A stretch of DNA of 64,000 bases, from NCBI GenBank assembly GCA_002269645.1, contig NIVC01000206.1, positions 1 to 64,000 of the forward strand, in the 5' to 3' direction. Both the position numbers and the translations under genes were made by a program. This stretch comes from Macrostomum lignano (Eukaryota). The notes beneath the pieces are model-generated. The model made no database searches and had not been told where the DNA came from. It saw nothing but the letters and a program-made list of their open reading frames with translations. This document shows, piece after piece, positions 1 to 10,472 of the stretch (positions within the stretch are counted from its first letter, which is position 1; each line of letters starts with the position of its first letter).

Positions 1-67
1 CATGCAGTGAATCAATCTGTACTGGAGTTTTCTCAATAGTCAGAGCCCCAATGCCTCAATGTCAGCG

Positions 68-364
68 TCAATTTCCTGAGGCTGCATTTTGCATCAGACG
101 GTTGACGGTTGGGCGTTGGCGGAATCGCCGCGTCCTCCTGTTGACCTTCAGGCGTCTTGCCGAGCTCAGCAGAGACCCGAGGCCGCGCATCGCCTCTCGG
201 CCAACGCTGGGCACCAGGTAGCCGGCAGCAGAAATCCGTAGTCACCCTCGTCCGGCAGTTCGACAGTGAATGAGTACGGAACTCCCAGGGAGCCGTGCGC
301 CCAATCGTCAGAGCCGCCGTTGGCTTCGTCTGATTTTGTTATTAGCTAAATGTTTAAATTACAC

Positions 365-407
<43 letters not shown>

Positions 408-3400
408 CTAAGACAGACAGACAGACAGACAGACATACAGACAGACACTAAGACAGACAGACAGACACTGACAGACAGACAGACAGACAGACAGCTAGTT
501 TCCGGTTACAAAGGCTCAGCAGCACTCACACAGCATATCGGATCCGGTCCCCAGCGCATAGAACCGATCGTTAATGGCAAACATTTTGTGAACAGCCAGG
601 GTCGCAGCGCACATCTGGAATATAAAGTTTTATCTACTTATCTTATTCTTAGTTAACGTGAAGGTTTACATCTTAATTAGTAAGACAGACGCAAACAAAT
701 AGATGGAATTTAAAAGACATCAGTGCACGGTGCACTTCAAAAGCACTACTGATAGTACACAGGATGAAGCGAGGTAAATTTAAAGATTTTTGGGGGGTCG
801 CCACACAGCCTCAATTACCCCCGCTGGCACCATTTTACAGCTGGGTGAACTGAAGCACGCAGAGTTGAATGTCTTGCTCAAGGACACAAATTGTTCCCAG
901 TGGGTCAGTCGAGTGTCCGATGCTCTAGCCACTAGGCTGCAACCCCCTTCTACGAGTAAAAATACGAGAGGCGTCCGGAAAGTAGTGTTACTTTTGCTTG
1001 GTGTGTGGACAGTCACACTTGCATGTGCTTGTGTCATTTGAAAGCGGCAAGTCTCTTCTTTAAAATGACACCAATTGCAAGAGATTTGAATCTGTGCTTC
1101 AAGAGATATGGACGATTAATTAGGGAAAGGTCAGTCTTAGACTTACAGAACCTCAAAAATGTCAACAGAAAACTTTTATCACGAGCGTAATTACTCCAGA
1201 AAAAACAAACACAACAGTACAGTACAGAAGCAGGTGAAACAGATAACAAGCAAATTATCACACAAGCGAACAACATTAAAATCATTCATCGGTTGGCAGA
1301 CTTGTCATCTTGCTGACAGCATGGTCGCCATGAGCTGTGCAAAGTTGCCTGTGGATGTCAGCCGATTTGGTTCCGGAGCTCCAAAGTGTAAAGATGGCAT
1401 GTCGCTGCCCAGTCTTTGAATGCACATCCAGTTGCAGTTCAAAATTGAAAATTGAATGTCAATAAACTTTGCAGGCGCAGCAGAAGCAGTTTTACAAGTC
1501 TCGTAGTTTTATGAGACAGCCCCTCTCGTTCACTGCATCACATTTGGCCATAGACAGCCCATGATTACGAAAAAAATCGATAAAATCGTAAAAGTTTTCT
1601 GTTGACATTTTTGAGGTTCTGTAAGTCTATGACTGACCTTTCTCTACTTAATCGTCCATATCTCTTGAAGCACAGATTCAAATCTCTTGCAATTGGTGTC
1701 ATTTTAAAGAAGAGACTTGCCGCTTTCAAATGACACCAAGCACATGCAAGTGTGACTGTCCATACGTCCACACCAAGCAAAAGTAACACTACTTTCCGGA
1801 CGCCCCTCGTACCTCAATGTGGCCATTGAACTCGTCAAAAACTCAACATTCTGCTGAACAAACCATTTTTTCGTGATGCGTTTTCGAATAGGTGTTCTTC
1901 TGATAGCCGTAGGGAATCAGCAGGTACTGGCCGAACGAGTGCAGCGACACAAACATCAGCAGTCGCGACTTTCTGGACTCCAGGTATCGCCGTACGGCGC
2001 TCGTTTCAGCGGCCGAAAAGGCGGTCGGCCCGCGGAAATTGTCGGCGCACGGGAAGCCGCTGCTGCCAGCGCCGCCGCCCCACCTGTAGCCGTAGTTGCG
2101 GTTCAGGTCCACGCCTCGGCAGTAGCGCCTCATTCCGTTCACTTCTCGATTCTTGCGCCACATTCGGTTCTGTTTGGGAAAGTGCACAGCATCAAGATGT
2201 TGGCGAGATCGCGGCCACTTGGGATTGGATTATTAGTGCTACATATCCTCTTATACGGTATCAGTGCTTGAGCAGCTGGTCTACTGATCTCCGCCAGATC
2301 TGAGTTGCTGGGTCACCGACAGCCTTTCAGATCCTCAGCTACTGGGCCAGCCTCTCAGATCCTTAGTTGCTGGGCCGGCCTCCCAGAGTGTCAGTTCCTG
2401 GGCCAGCCTCCCAGATCCTCAGGTGCTGGGCCAGCTGCCTCTCACATCCTCAGTTGCTGGGCCAGCCTCTCAGATCCTCAGGTGCTGGGCCAGCTGCCTC
2501 TCACATCCTCAGTTGCTGGGCTAACCTCTCAGATCCTCAGTTGCTGGGCCAACCTCACATCCTCAGTTGCTGGGCCAGCCTCTCAGATCCTCAGGTGCTG
2601 GGCCAGCTGCCTCTCACATCCTCAGTTGCTGTGCCAGCCTCTCAGATCCTCAGTTGCTGGGCCACTACGCCTCCCCGATCCCTATCACTATTTTTCCTGA
2701 TCCCTAGTTTTGCCAAAAACCCGTTGCACTCACGCGCAGCCTTGAGTACTCGTACCCATCTGGGTTGTACAAAATCAGCATCATAATTTCGTGTCGTTCC
2801 ACAATTTCAGCCGCCTCAATGACTGTCAGGCTAGATTGATTCGCATTGCTCAGACTGGCGGGCAGGCCCACATTAATGAGCTGGTCGGCAATGTACAGCG
2901 CAGTTGCCGGGCTGACCCACTCCCTGGCGTGGATCCCGGCATCCAGCCACACCGCCGTCTTCTTGACGAGTCCGGGGATTTGTTCTTGGCGATCTGAAAA
3001 GTACACTCATAATTGGCTTTTGTTTGTGTCTGAAATTTACAAGCCTAAAGTTACACAAACTACACGTGATCGTGTATGATTTGTATCTGACACTGTTATC
3101 TATGGCACTGTTATCTATGGCACTGTTATCTATGGCACTGTTATCTATGGCACTGTTATCAATGGCACTGTTATCAATGGCACTGTTATCTATGGCACTG
3201 TTATCTATGGCACTGTTATCTATGGCACTGTTATCTATGGCACTGTTATCTATGGCACTGTTATCTATGGCACTGTTATCTATGGCACTGTTATCTATGG
3301 CACTGTTATCTATGGCACTGTTATCAATGGCACTGTTATCAATGGCACTGTTATCTATGGCACTGTTATCTATGGCACTGTTATCTATGGCACTGTTATC

Positions 3401-6400
3401 TATGGCACTGTTATCTATGGCACTGTTATCTATGGCACTGTTATCTATGGCACTGTTATCTATGGCACTGTTATCAATGGCACTGTTATCAATGGCACTG
3501 TTATCTATGGCACTGTTATCTATGGCACTGTTATCTATGGCACTGTTATCTATGGCACTGTTATCTATGGCACTGTTATCTATGGCACTGTTATCTATGG
3601 CACTGTTATCTATGGCACTGTTATCTATGGCACTGTTATCTATGGCACTGTTATCAATGGCACTGTTATCTATGGCACTGTTATCTATGGCACTGTTATC
3701 CATGGCACTGTTATCTATGGCACTGTTATCTATGGCACTGTTATTTATGGCACTATTATTTATGGCAAATTTACGACTACTATATGTTAACCGATCGCCA
3801 CATTATTGCTGCTTTAGCTGCTTCTGAAGATTTTCCTGATGACTCGGTCGCAGCAAAACAGAGTTTAGCCTTGATTTAAAAAGATAAATTAATATAAGCC
3901 TCTGACCTTCAGCACGAACAGTTTTCTGCCCTCGAATGTCCGTCCGATTCTTTCCAGCGAGCAGGTGCCAGGATGAAGTTCGTTGCAGCGATCTTTGAGC
4001 TCAATCAGACTGCGGCGAATCTTCGTGGGGTCGATTGTCGAGTTGCTGGGTTGTCGGGTTACTACTGGGTTGTCGGGTTGCTGGGTTGTCGGGTTGCTGG
4101 GTTGTCGGGTTGCTGGGTTGTCGGGTTGCTGGGTTGTCGGGTTGCTGGGTTGTCGGATTGCTGGGTTGTCGGGTTGCTGGGTTGTCGGGTTGCTGGGTTG
4201 TCGGGTTGCTGGGTTGTCGGGTTGCTGGGTTGTCGGGTTGCTGGGTTGTCGGGTTGCTGGGTTGTCGGGTTGCTGGGTTGTCGGGTTGCTGGGTTGTCGG
4301 ATTGCTGGGTTGTCGGGTTGCTGGGTTTTCGGGTTGCTGGGTTGTCGGGTTGCTGGGTTGTCGGGTTGCTGGGTTGTCGGGTTGCTGGGTTGTCGGGTTG
4401 CTGGGTTGTCGGGTTGCTGGGTTGTCGGGTTGCTGGGTTGTCGGGTTGGGTTTTCGGGTTGTCTAGCAGGCGTGTTTAAAGACTTAGGAACCATAGACAC
4501 TGATGCGGACACAAAGACAATCAGGCAGACACTAAGATAACAAGGAAGACACTAAGACACTGATGCAGACACTAAGATAACGAGGAAGACACTAAGACAC
4601 TGATGCAGACACTAAGATAACGAGGAAGACACTAAGACACTGCGGCAGACACTAAGATAACGAGGAAGACACTAAGACACTGATGCAGACACTAAGATAA
4701 CGAGGAAGACACTAAGACACTGATGCAGACACTAAGATAACGAGGAAGACACTAAGACACTGCGGCAGACACTAAGATAACGAGGAAGACACTAAGACAC
4801 TGCGGCAGACACTAAGATAACGAGGAAGACACTAAGACACTGATGCAGACACTAAGATAACGAGGAAGACACTAAGACACTGCGGCAGACACTAAGATAA
4901 CGAGGAAGACACTAAGACACTGATGCAGACACTAAGATAACGAGGAAGACACTAAGACACTGCGGCAGACACTAAGATAACGAGGAAGACACTAAGACAC
5001 TGATGCAGACACTAAGATAACGAGGAAGACACTAAGACACTGATGCAGACACTAAGATAACGAGGAAGACACTAAGACACTGCGGCAGACACTAAGATAA
5101 CGAGGAAGACACTAAGACACTGCGGCAGACACTAAGATAACGAGGAAGACACTAAGACACTGATGCAGACACTAAGATAACGAGGAAGACACTAAGACAC
5201 TGCGGCAGACACTAAGATAACGAGGAAGACACTAAGACACTGATGCAGACACTAAGATAACGAGGAAGACACTAAGACACTGCGGCAGACACTAAGATAA
5301 CGAGGAAGACACTAAGACACTGCGGCAGACACTAAGATAACGAGGAAGACACTAAGACACTGCGGCAGACACTAAGATAACAAGGAAGACACTAAGACAC
5401 TGCGGCAGACACTAAGATAACGAGGAAGACACTAAGACACTGCGGCAGACACTAAGATAACGAGGAAGACACTAAGACACTGCGGCAGACACTAAGATAA
5501 CGAGGAAGACACTAAGACACTGCGGCAGACACTAAGATAACGAGGAAGACACTAAGACACTGCGGCAGACACTAAGATAACGAGGAAGACACTAAGACAC
5601 TGCGGCAGACACTAAGATAACGAGGAAGACACTAAGACACTGCGGCAGACACTAAGATAACGAGGAAGACACTAAGACACTGATGCAGACACTAAGATAA
5701 CGAGGAAGACACTAAGACACTGATGCAGACACTAAGATAACGAGGAAGACACTAAGACACTGATGCAGACACTAAGACTAAGACACTGAACCAAATTATA
5801 ACAAATGACTCACCTCAGCATAGCTGCGATAGAAGTTGTGATTCATCTGCATCCGACCAGTCACTCTTCCTTCATCAGCCTCACGCCTGCGCCTCTTCAG
5901 TGCTTCGCTGTTTTGTTGATGCGCTCGAGCGTTCTCTTGATTGAACAGGGCCAGCTGCCTGCATGCATTGATGGAGCATGGCGATGCGGAGAATGTAATA
6001 AAATAACGGCTTCAAATTAAACAAAAGCTACAATTTTCCAACTATACGACAACCTTCCATAGTCCTTGTGAATGAGTTGCATCCGCATCGCGCTAGTGGC
6101 CTGGACCAGGTTTAGGAACGCCGCGTTCAGGCCTGGCGGCACGAGCACATCGACGCTGGTGAATTTCCGACCTGGTCGGGTCAGAAACATCAGGCCGGAC
6201 TGCGGGTTGGGCGGAGGGAGGCGCGAGTTTGACAGACTGGCGGATAATAAGAGTTACACGCACTTGGACAGGCACTGAAACAGGCACTGAGAACGGCACT
6301 GAGACAGGCACTGTGACAGGCACTGTGACAGGCACTGTGACAGGCACTAGGACAGGCACTAGGACAGGCACTAGGATAGGCACTGAAACAGGCACTGAAA

Positions 6401-8198
6401 CAGGCACTGAGACAGGCACTAGGACAGGCACTGAGACAGGCACTGAGACAGGCACTGAGACAGGCACTAAGACAGGCACTGAGACAGGCACTAGGACAGG
6501 AACTGAGACAGGCACTAGGACAGGCACTGAGACAGGCACTGAGACAGGCACTAGGATAGGCACTAGGACAGGCACTAGGACAGGCACTGAAACAGGCACT
6601 GAGACAGGCACTGAGACAGGCACTGAGACAGGCACTAGGACAGGCACTGAGACAAGCAGTAGGACAGGCACTGAGACAAGCAGTAGGACAGGCACTGAGA
6701 CAGGCACTAAGACAGGCACTGAGACAGGCACTGAGATAGGCACTGAGACAGGCACTGAGACAGGCACTGAGACAGGCACTGAGACAAGCAGTAGGACAGG
6801 CACTGAGACAAGCAGTAGGACAGGCACTGAGATAGGCACTAGGACAGGCACTGAGACAGGCACTGAGACAGGCACTGAGATAGGCAGTAGGACAGGCACT
6901 GAGACAAGCAGTAGGACAGGCACTGAGACAGGAACTGAGACAGGAACTGAGACAGGCAGTAAGACAGGCAGTAGGACAGGCACTGAGACAAGCAGTAAGA
7001 CAGGCACTGAGACAAGCAGTAGGACAGGCACTGAGACAAGCAGTAGGACAGGCACTGAGATAGGCACTAGGACAGGCACTGAGACAGGCACTGAGACAGG
7101 CACTGAGACAGGCACTGAGACAGGCACTGAGACAAGCAGTAGGACAGGCACTGAGACAAGCAGTAGGACAGGCACTGAGACGGGCACTGAGACAGGCAGT
7201 AAGACAGGCACTGAGACAAGCAGTAGGACAGGCACTGAGATAGGCACTAGGACAGGCACTGAGACAGGCACTGAGACAGGCACTGAGATAGGCAGTAGGA
7301 CAGGCACTGAGACAGGCACTGAGATAGGCACTGAGATAGGCAGTAGGACAGGCACTGAGACAGGCACTGAGATAGGCACTAGGACAGGCACTGAGACAGG
7401 CACTGAGACAGGCACTGAGATAGGCACTGAGACAGGCACTGAGACAGGCACTGAGACAGGCACTGAGACAAGCAGTAGGACAGGCACTGAGACAAGCAGT
7501 AGGACAGGCACTGAGATAGGCACTAGGACAGGCACTGAGACAGGCACTGAGACAGGCACTGAGATAGGCAGTAGGACAGGCACTGAGACAAGCAGTAGGA
7601 CAGGCACTGAGACAGGAACTGAGACAGGAACTGAGACAGGCAGTAAGACAGGCAGTAGGACAGGCACTGAGACAAGCAGTAAGACAGGCACTGAGACAAG
7701 CAGTAGGACAGGCACTGAGACAAGCAGTAGGACAGGCACTGAGACAAGCAGTAGGACAGGCACTGAGACAGGCACTGAGACAAGCAGTAGGACAGGCACT
7801 GAGACAGGCACTGAGACAAGCAGTAGGACAGGCACTGAGACAAGCAGTAGGACAGGCACTGAGACAAGCAGTAGGACAGGCACTAGGACAGTCAGCCAAG
7901 TGTCAAGGACTACCAGCGGGTCAGGCTCAGCCGGGAATTCGGTCTCCAACCATCGCAGCCTGCTCAAAGCCCGAGCTGACATTGGCGACAACCGGTAGTG
8001 CCGAAATCTGTCATGGAATTTTGGTTTATGATTTCTCAAGCACTACTCAAACTACGAGTGGTAGTTAAAGTCCCAAGCATGCTCAACAATTATCAGGATT
8101 ATATTGACCTCTTACCCATCGAATGCCAATTTTCCAGTTGCAACTGAAAAAAGCAGCGGAAGGCCAAGAAGGATTATGCAGTGCTGAAAATGATTCAT
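68..8198 (-). CDS. Zinc carboxypeptidase, M14A subfamily (carboxypeptidase B-like), 9 exons, two apparent 1-nt frameshifts
   Basis: Exons (minus): 8198-8116, 8007-7914, 6199-6054, 5958-5814, 4020-3907, 2993-2734, 2169-1864, 614-530, 329-68. All have GT/AG ends and matching phases except the exon 5/6 junction. Signal peptide MNHFQHCIILLGLPLLFSVATG, pro-domain (VDVLVPP), Zn ligands HARE and SLHSFGQ, RKNR, LNRN, NPDGY, YEANGGSDDW (Asp at the position-255 equivalent = B-type) and catalytic Glu in FTVELP. Confidence 0.9.
362..494. repeat. (ACAG)n microsatellite in carboxypeptidase intron 8
   Basis: Direct reading; about 30 units with ACAC/ACTA interruptions. Confidence 0.97.
826..945 (+). mobile_element. 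CORE-SINE-like (MIR core) fragment
   Basis: CACCATTTTACAGCTGGGTGAACTGAAGCACGCAGAGTTGAATGTCTTGCTCAAGGACACA closely matches the MIR/CORE consensus as recalled (CCCATTTTACAGATGAGGAAACTGAGGC...CTTGCCCAAGGTCACA). It is followed by a TCTAGCCACTAGGCT tail motif. Confidence 0.6.
965..1809. mobile_element. Tc1/mariner-type MITE (non-autonomous) with ~215-bp inverted arms
   Basis: 965-1178 is the reverse complement of ~1589-1809. Ends are CGAGAGGCGTCCGGAAAGTAG / CTACTTTCCGGACGCCCCTCG, flanked by TA at 963-964 and 1810-1811. Confidence 0.85.
2300..2665. repeat. 28-31-bp degenerate minisatellite (CAGTTGCTGGGCCAGCCTCTCAGATCCT) in carboxypeptidase intron 6
   Basis: About 12 tandem variants visible. Confidence 0.9.
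3091..3765. repeat. 15-bp minisatellite (CACTGTTATCTATGG)n, ~45 copies, intron 5
   Basis: Direct reading; source of the DNSAI/MALLS pseudo-ORFs. Confidence 0.98.
4040..4460. repeat. 16-bp minisatellite (GGGTTGTCGGGTTGCT)n, ~26 copies, intron 4
   Basis: Two 8-bp subunits alternate; direct reading. Confidence 0.97.
4525..5790. repeat. 40-bp minisatellite (TGATGCAGACACTAAGATAACGAGGAAGACACTAAGACAC)n, ~31 copies, intron 4
   Basis: Two alternating variants (TGAT/TGCG); direct reading. Confidence 0.98.
6262..7890. repeat. 12-bp minisatellite (ACAGGCACTGAG)n, ~135 copies, intron 2
   Basis: Direct reading; variants ACAAGCAGTAGG and ATAGGCACT recur in blocks. Confidence 0.98.
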
Positions 8199-8789
8199 AA
8201 TTTGAACTGGGCAGAAACTGCTAAGCAAATCTGTGCGCTCAATGAATTGAAACTGAATTGAAACTCATTATTTAAATGTTTCTAACGCAAAATGGAAAAC
8301 TGAAAGATTAAAATCATTTCACAGTCAGCGAATTTGTAGATGAAGCTTTATGTAAACAAAGAGTCTGTGCGGCACAGTGATGCTGATCATAGGCGGTCAT
8401 GTCAGGTCACGAATGCAAATTTGTCTTCAATTTTATCTATGCTTTTTGAAATTGCAATAAACTTGCTGTCGTACGTAGTACGAGCTAATGTTTGATGTCA
8501 ACTTGGAGTCTACCAACGACACGCGCTCATGCTCTCAGGTAATTGAAACTCAGTCCAGCTGTGAACTTGAAAATCGGCACTTGAAATTTCATGAGCATCG
8601 TGAGCTATTGTCATTTTTTTATTCTATATTGGTCTTCATTCCAACATTGAATAAGGTAATCTGATTCACTTAACTAAAGAAGCATAAAAAGGGTGCATGT
8701 TTCTCTATCCAGAATACTCGTATGTTTCTTCGTTAAGTATAATGTTTTCAATGTTTTTCTCGATTCTTATTGGCTAGTAAAATACTCGT

Positions 8790-9215
8790 AATATCCGACC
8801 CATTTTTGTTCCTCTCTCTTTCTATACACCCAAAATCTTATTGGCTGGGAGTTCACCCAACCCATTTTCTGTCTTTCTCTATTTCTCAAAGCCGTTTCTA
8901 ATTGGTTGGGGTTCCCCACCCCATTTTCTATCCTTATCTATTTCTCAAAGCCGTTTCTAATTGGCTGGGAGTTCAGCCACCCCATTTTCTGTCCATCTCT
9001 ATTTCTCAAAGCCGTTTCTAATTGGTTGGGGTTCCCCCACCCCATTTTCTATCCTTATCTATTTCTCAAAGCCGTTTCTAATTGGTTGGGAGTTCCCCAC
9101 CCCATTTTCTGTCCCTCTTTAGTTCACGACACTTGCTTCTGATTGGGTGGGGGTTCCAGCTCACTACTTTTCTGTTATTGTCCGTTTCAGTGCCCATTTC
9201 TGATTGGCTGTAAAC
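8790..9215. repeat. ~60-bp degenerate tandem repeat containing ATTGG (CCAAT) in each unit
   Basis: ATTGG at about 8840, 8901, 8960, 9021, 9081, 9142 and 9203, within the unit ATTTCTCAAAGCCGTTTCTAATTGGTTGGG... Confidence 0.85.
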
Positions 9216-10472
9216 TGGCAACATATACTTCTATTAGCAATCTGATGCAAATAACCCCAAAAAAGTTTTGTGACAAACCAGCATTCCAGTTTCTCCTTTC
9301 TTAACTAGCAACAACAATTAATTGGGCTAAGTTGTTTATTTATAGACGAATGTATCTAGATGAATGGATTTCTAGGAATTAATGGCTTTTTTGTGTGCAT
9401 ATACATGCATAAGAATCTGAAATGTGTAAGCTGATGTCACACAACTGATCACGCTCAAATTTACGTGTACAGAAGTTCAAAGATGTGTTGAATAAAACAG
9501 CAATCGCAACTTTGCACTTTAATGCAAGAAATTGACAAGAATAATGCTAAAGATAATTTAAGATAAGATAAGATGAGATTACTTCAAGTAGTAAAAATAC
9601 AATTAACAAAGCGAGCCTGTTGAGATGGGACAATAAACATAGGACAATAAGTAGAAGCTGAAGGAAACGACAATAAACAGATATTTTCCTTGACACTGTT
9701 TAAGATTTGTACTCGCAATGAAAATTGACAAAATTGTCAAAAAAAGTCGTAGTTTTGCTTTCAAAGCAACCAGGTAACAATATTTCGATACAAAACTGGA
9801 TTAAAAAAACTAACATGTAGTTTTCATTAACTTGGTTTTTGGGAATGCATAAAGCAAGAAAACGGTGGTTTGAATTTAAGTAAAGCATAGGCAGTTGAAC
9901 CAGAAGGGCGCTAACACTCAATTTCTTAGAAATGAACCGCCAGTGCATTTATTTGGCTCTGGAGAACGCGTAGCGCTAATGGGGTTGTACCATAGACAAA
10001 TTCGATTGAGAAAAATCCTATATCTCTATATTAAAACTTAACCCAACTTAACGGCTATGCAATATTTACGCGCCATACTCTATACTTTCTACTTAACAGT
10101 AAGCAAACTCTGCTTAAATTTTGCAACTATGAAATATTTCAGAAAATTCACTATCGAGACAGAACATCCCCGCTGGGAAAAAATTGCAGCGACGACTGGC
10201 TGATGACGACAAGTTGACGACAAGTTCACAGAGTCCGATAGAAAGCAGGCAGTAAATCAGATTTGGAAGCGCGCATTTGCACGATACTACTGAGTTGAAC
10301 AAATCATATGTATTTTAGTAAATCAAGAGTAAATCGACAAGGCTTTTGCCTCTAGTAGCCTGTCGTTGCTTGTCTTCAAAGTGTCGTCGCTGCAAATTTT
10401 TTTTCCTAGCGGTGTCGCTTTATTGGATTTTTTAAACTGTACTTTCTGCAGCATCAGATACACAGTCGGTCT

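Noticed and set aside
2873-8039. Long ORFs such as (DNSAI)n, (MALLS)n, (TQQPDNPA)n, (PVSV)n and (TGTE)n
   Set aside because: They are translations of intronic minisatellites, open on several frames and strands, and the carboxypeptidase splices around them.
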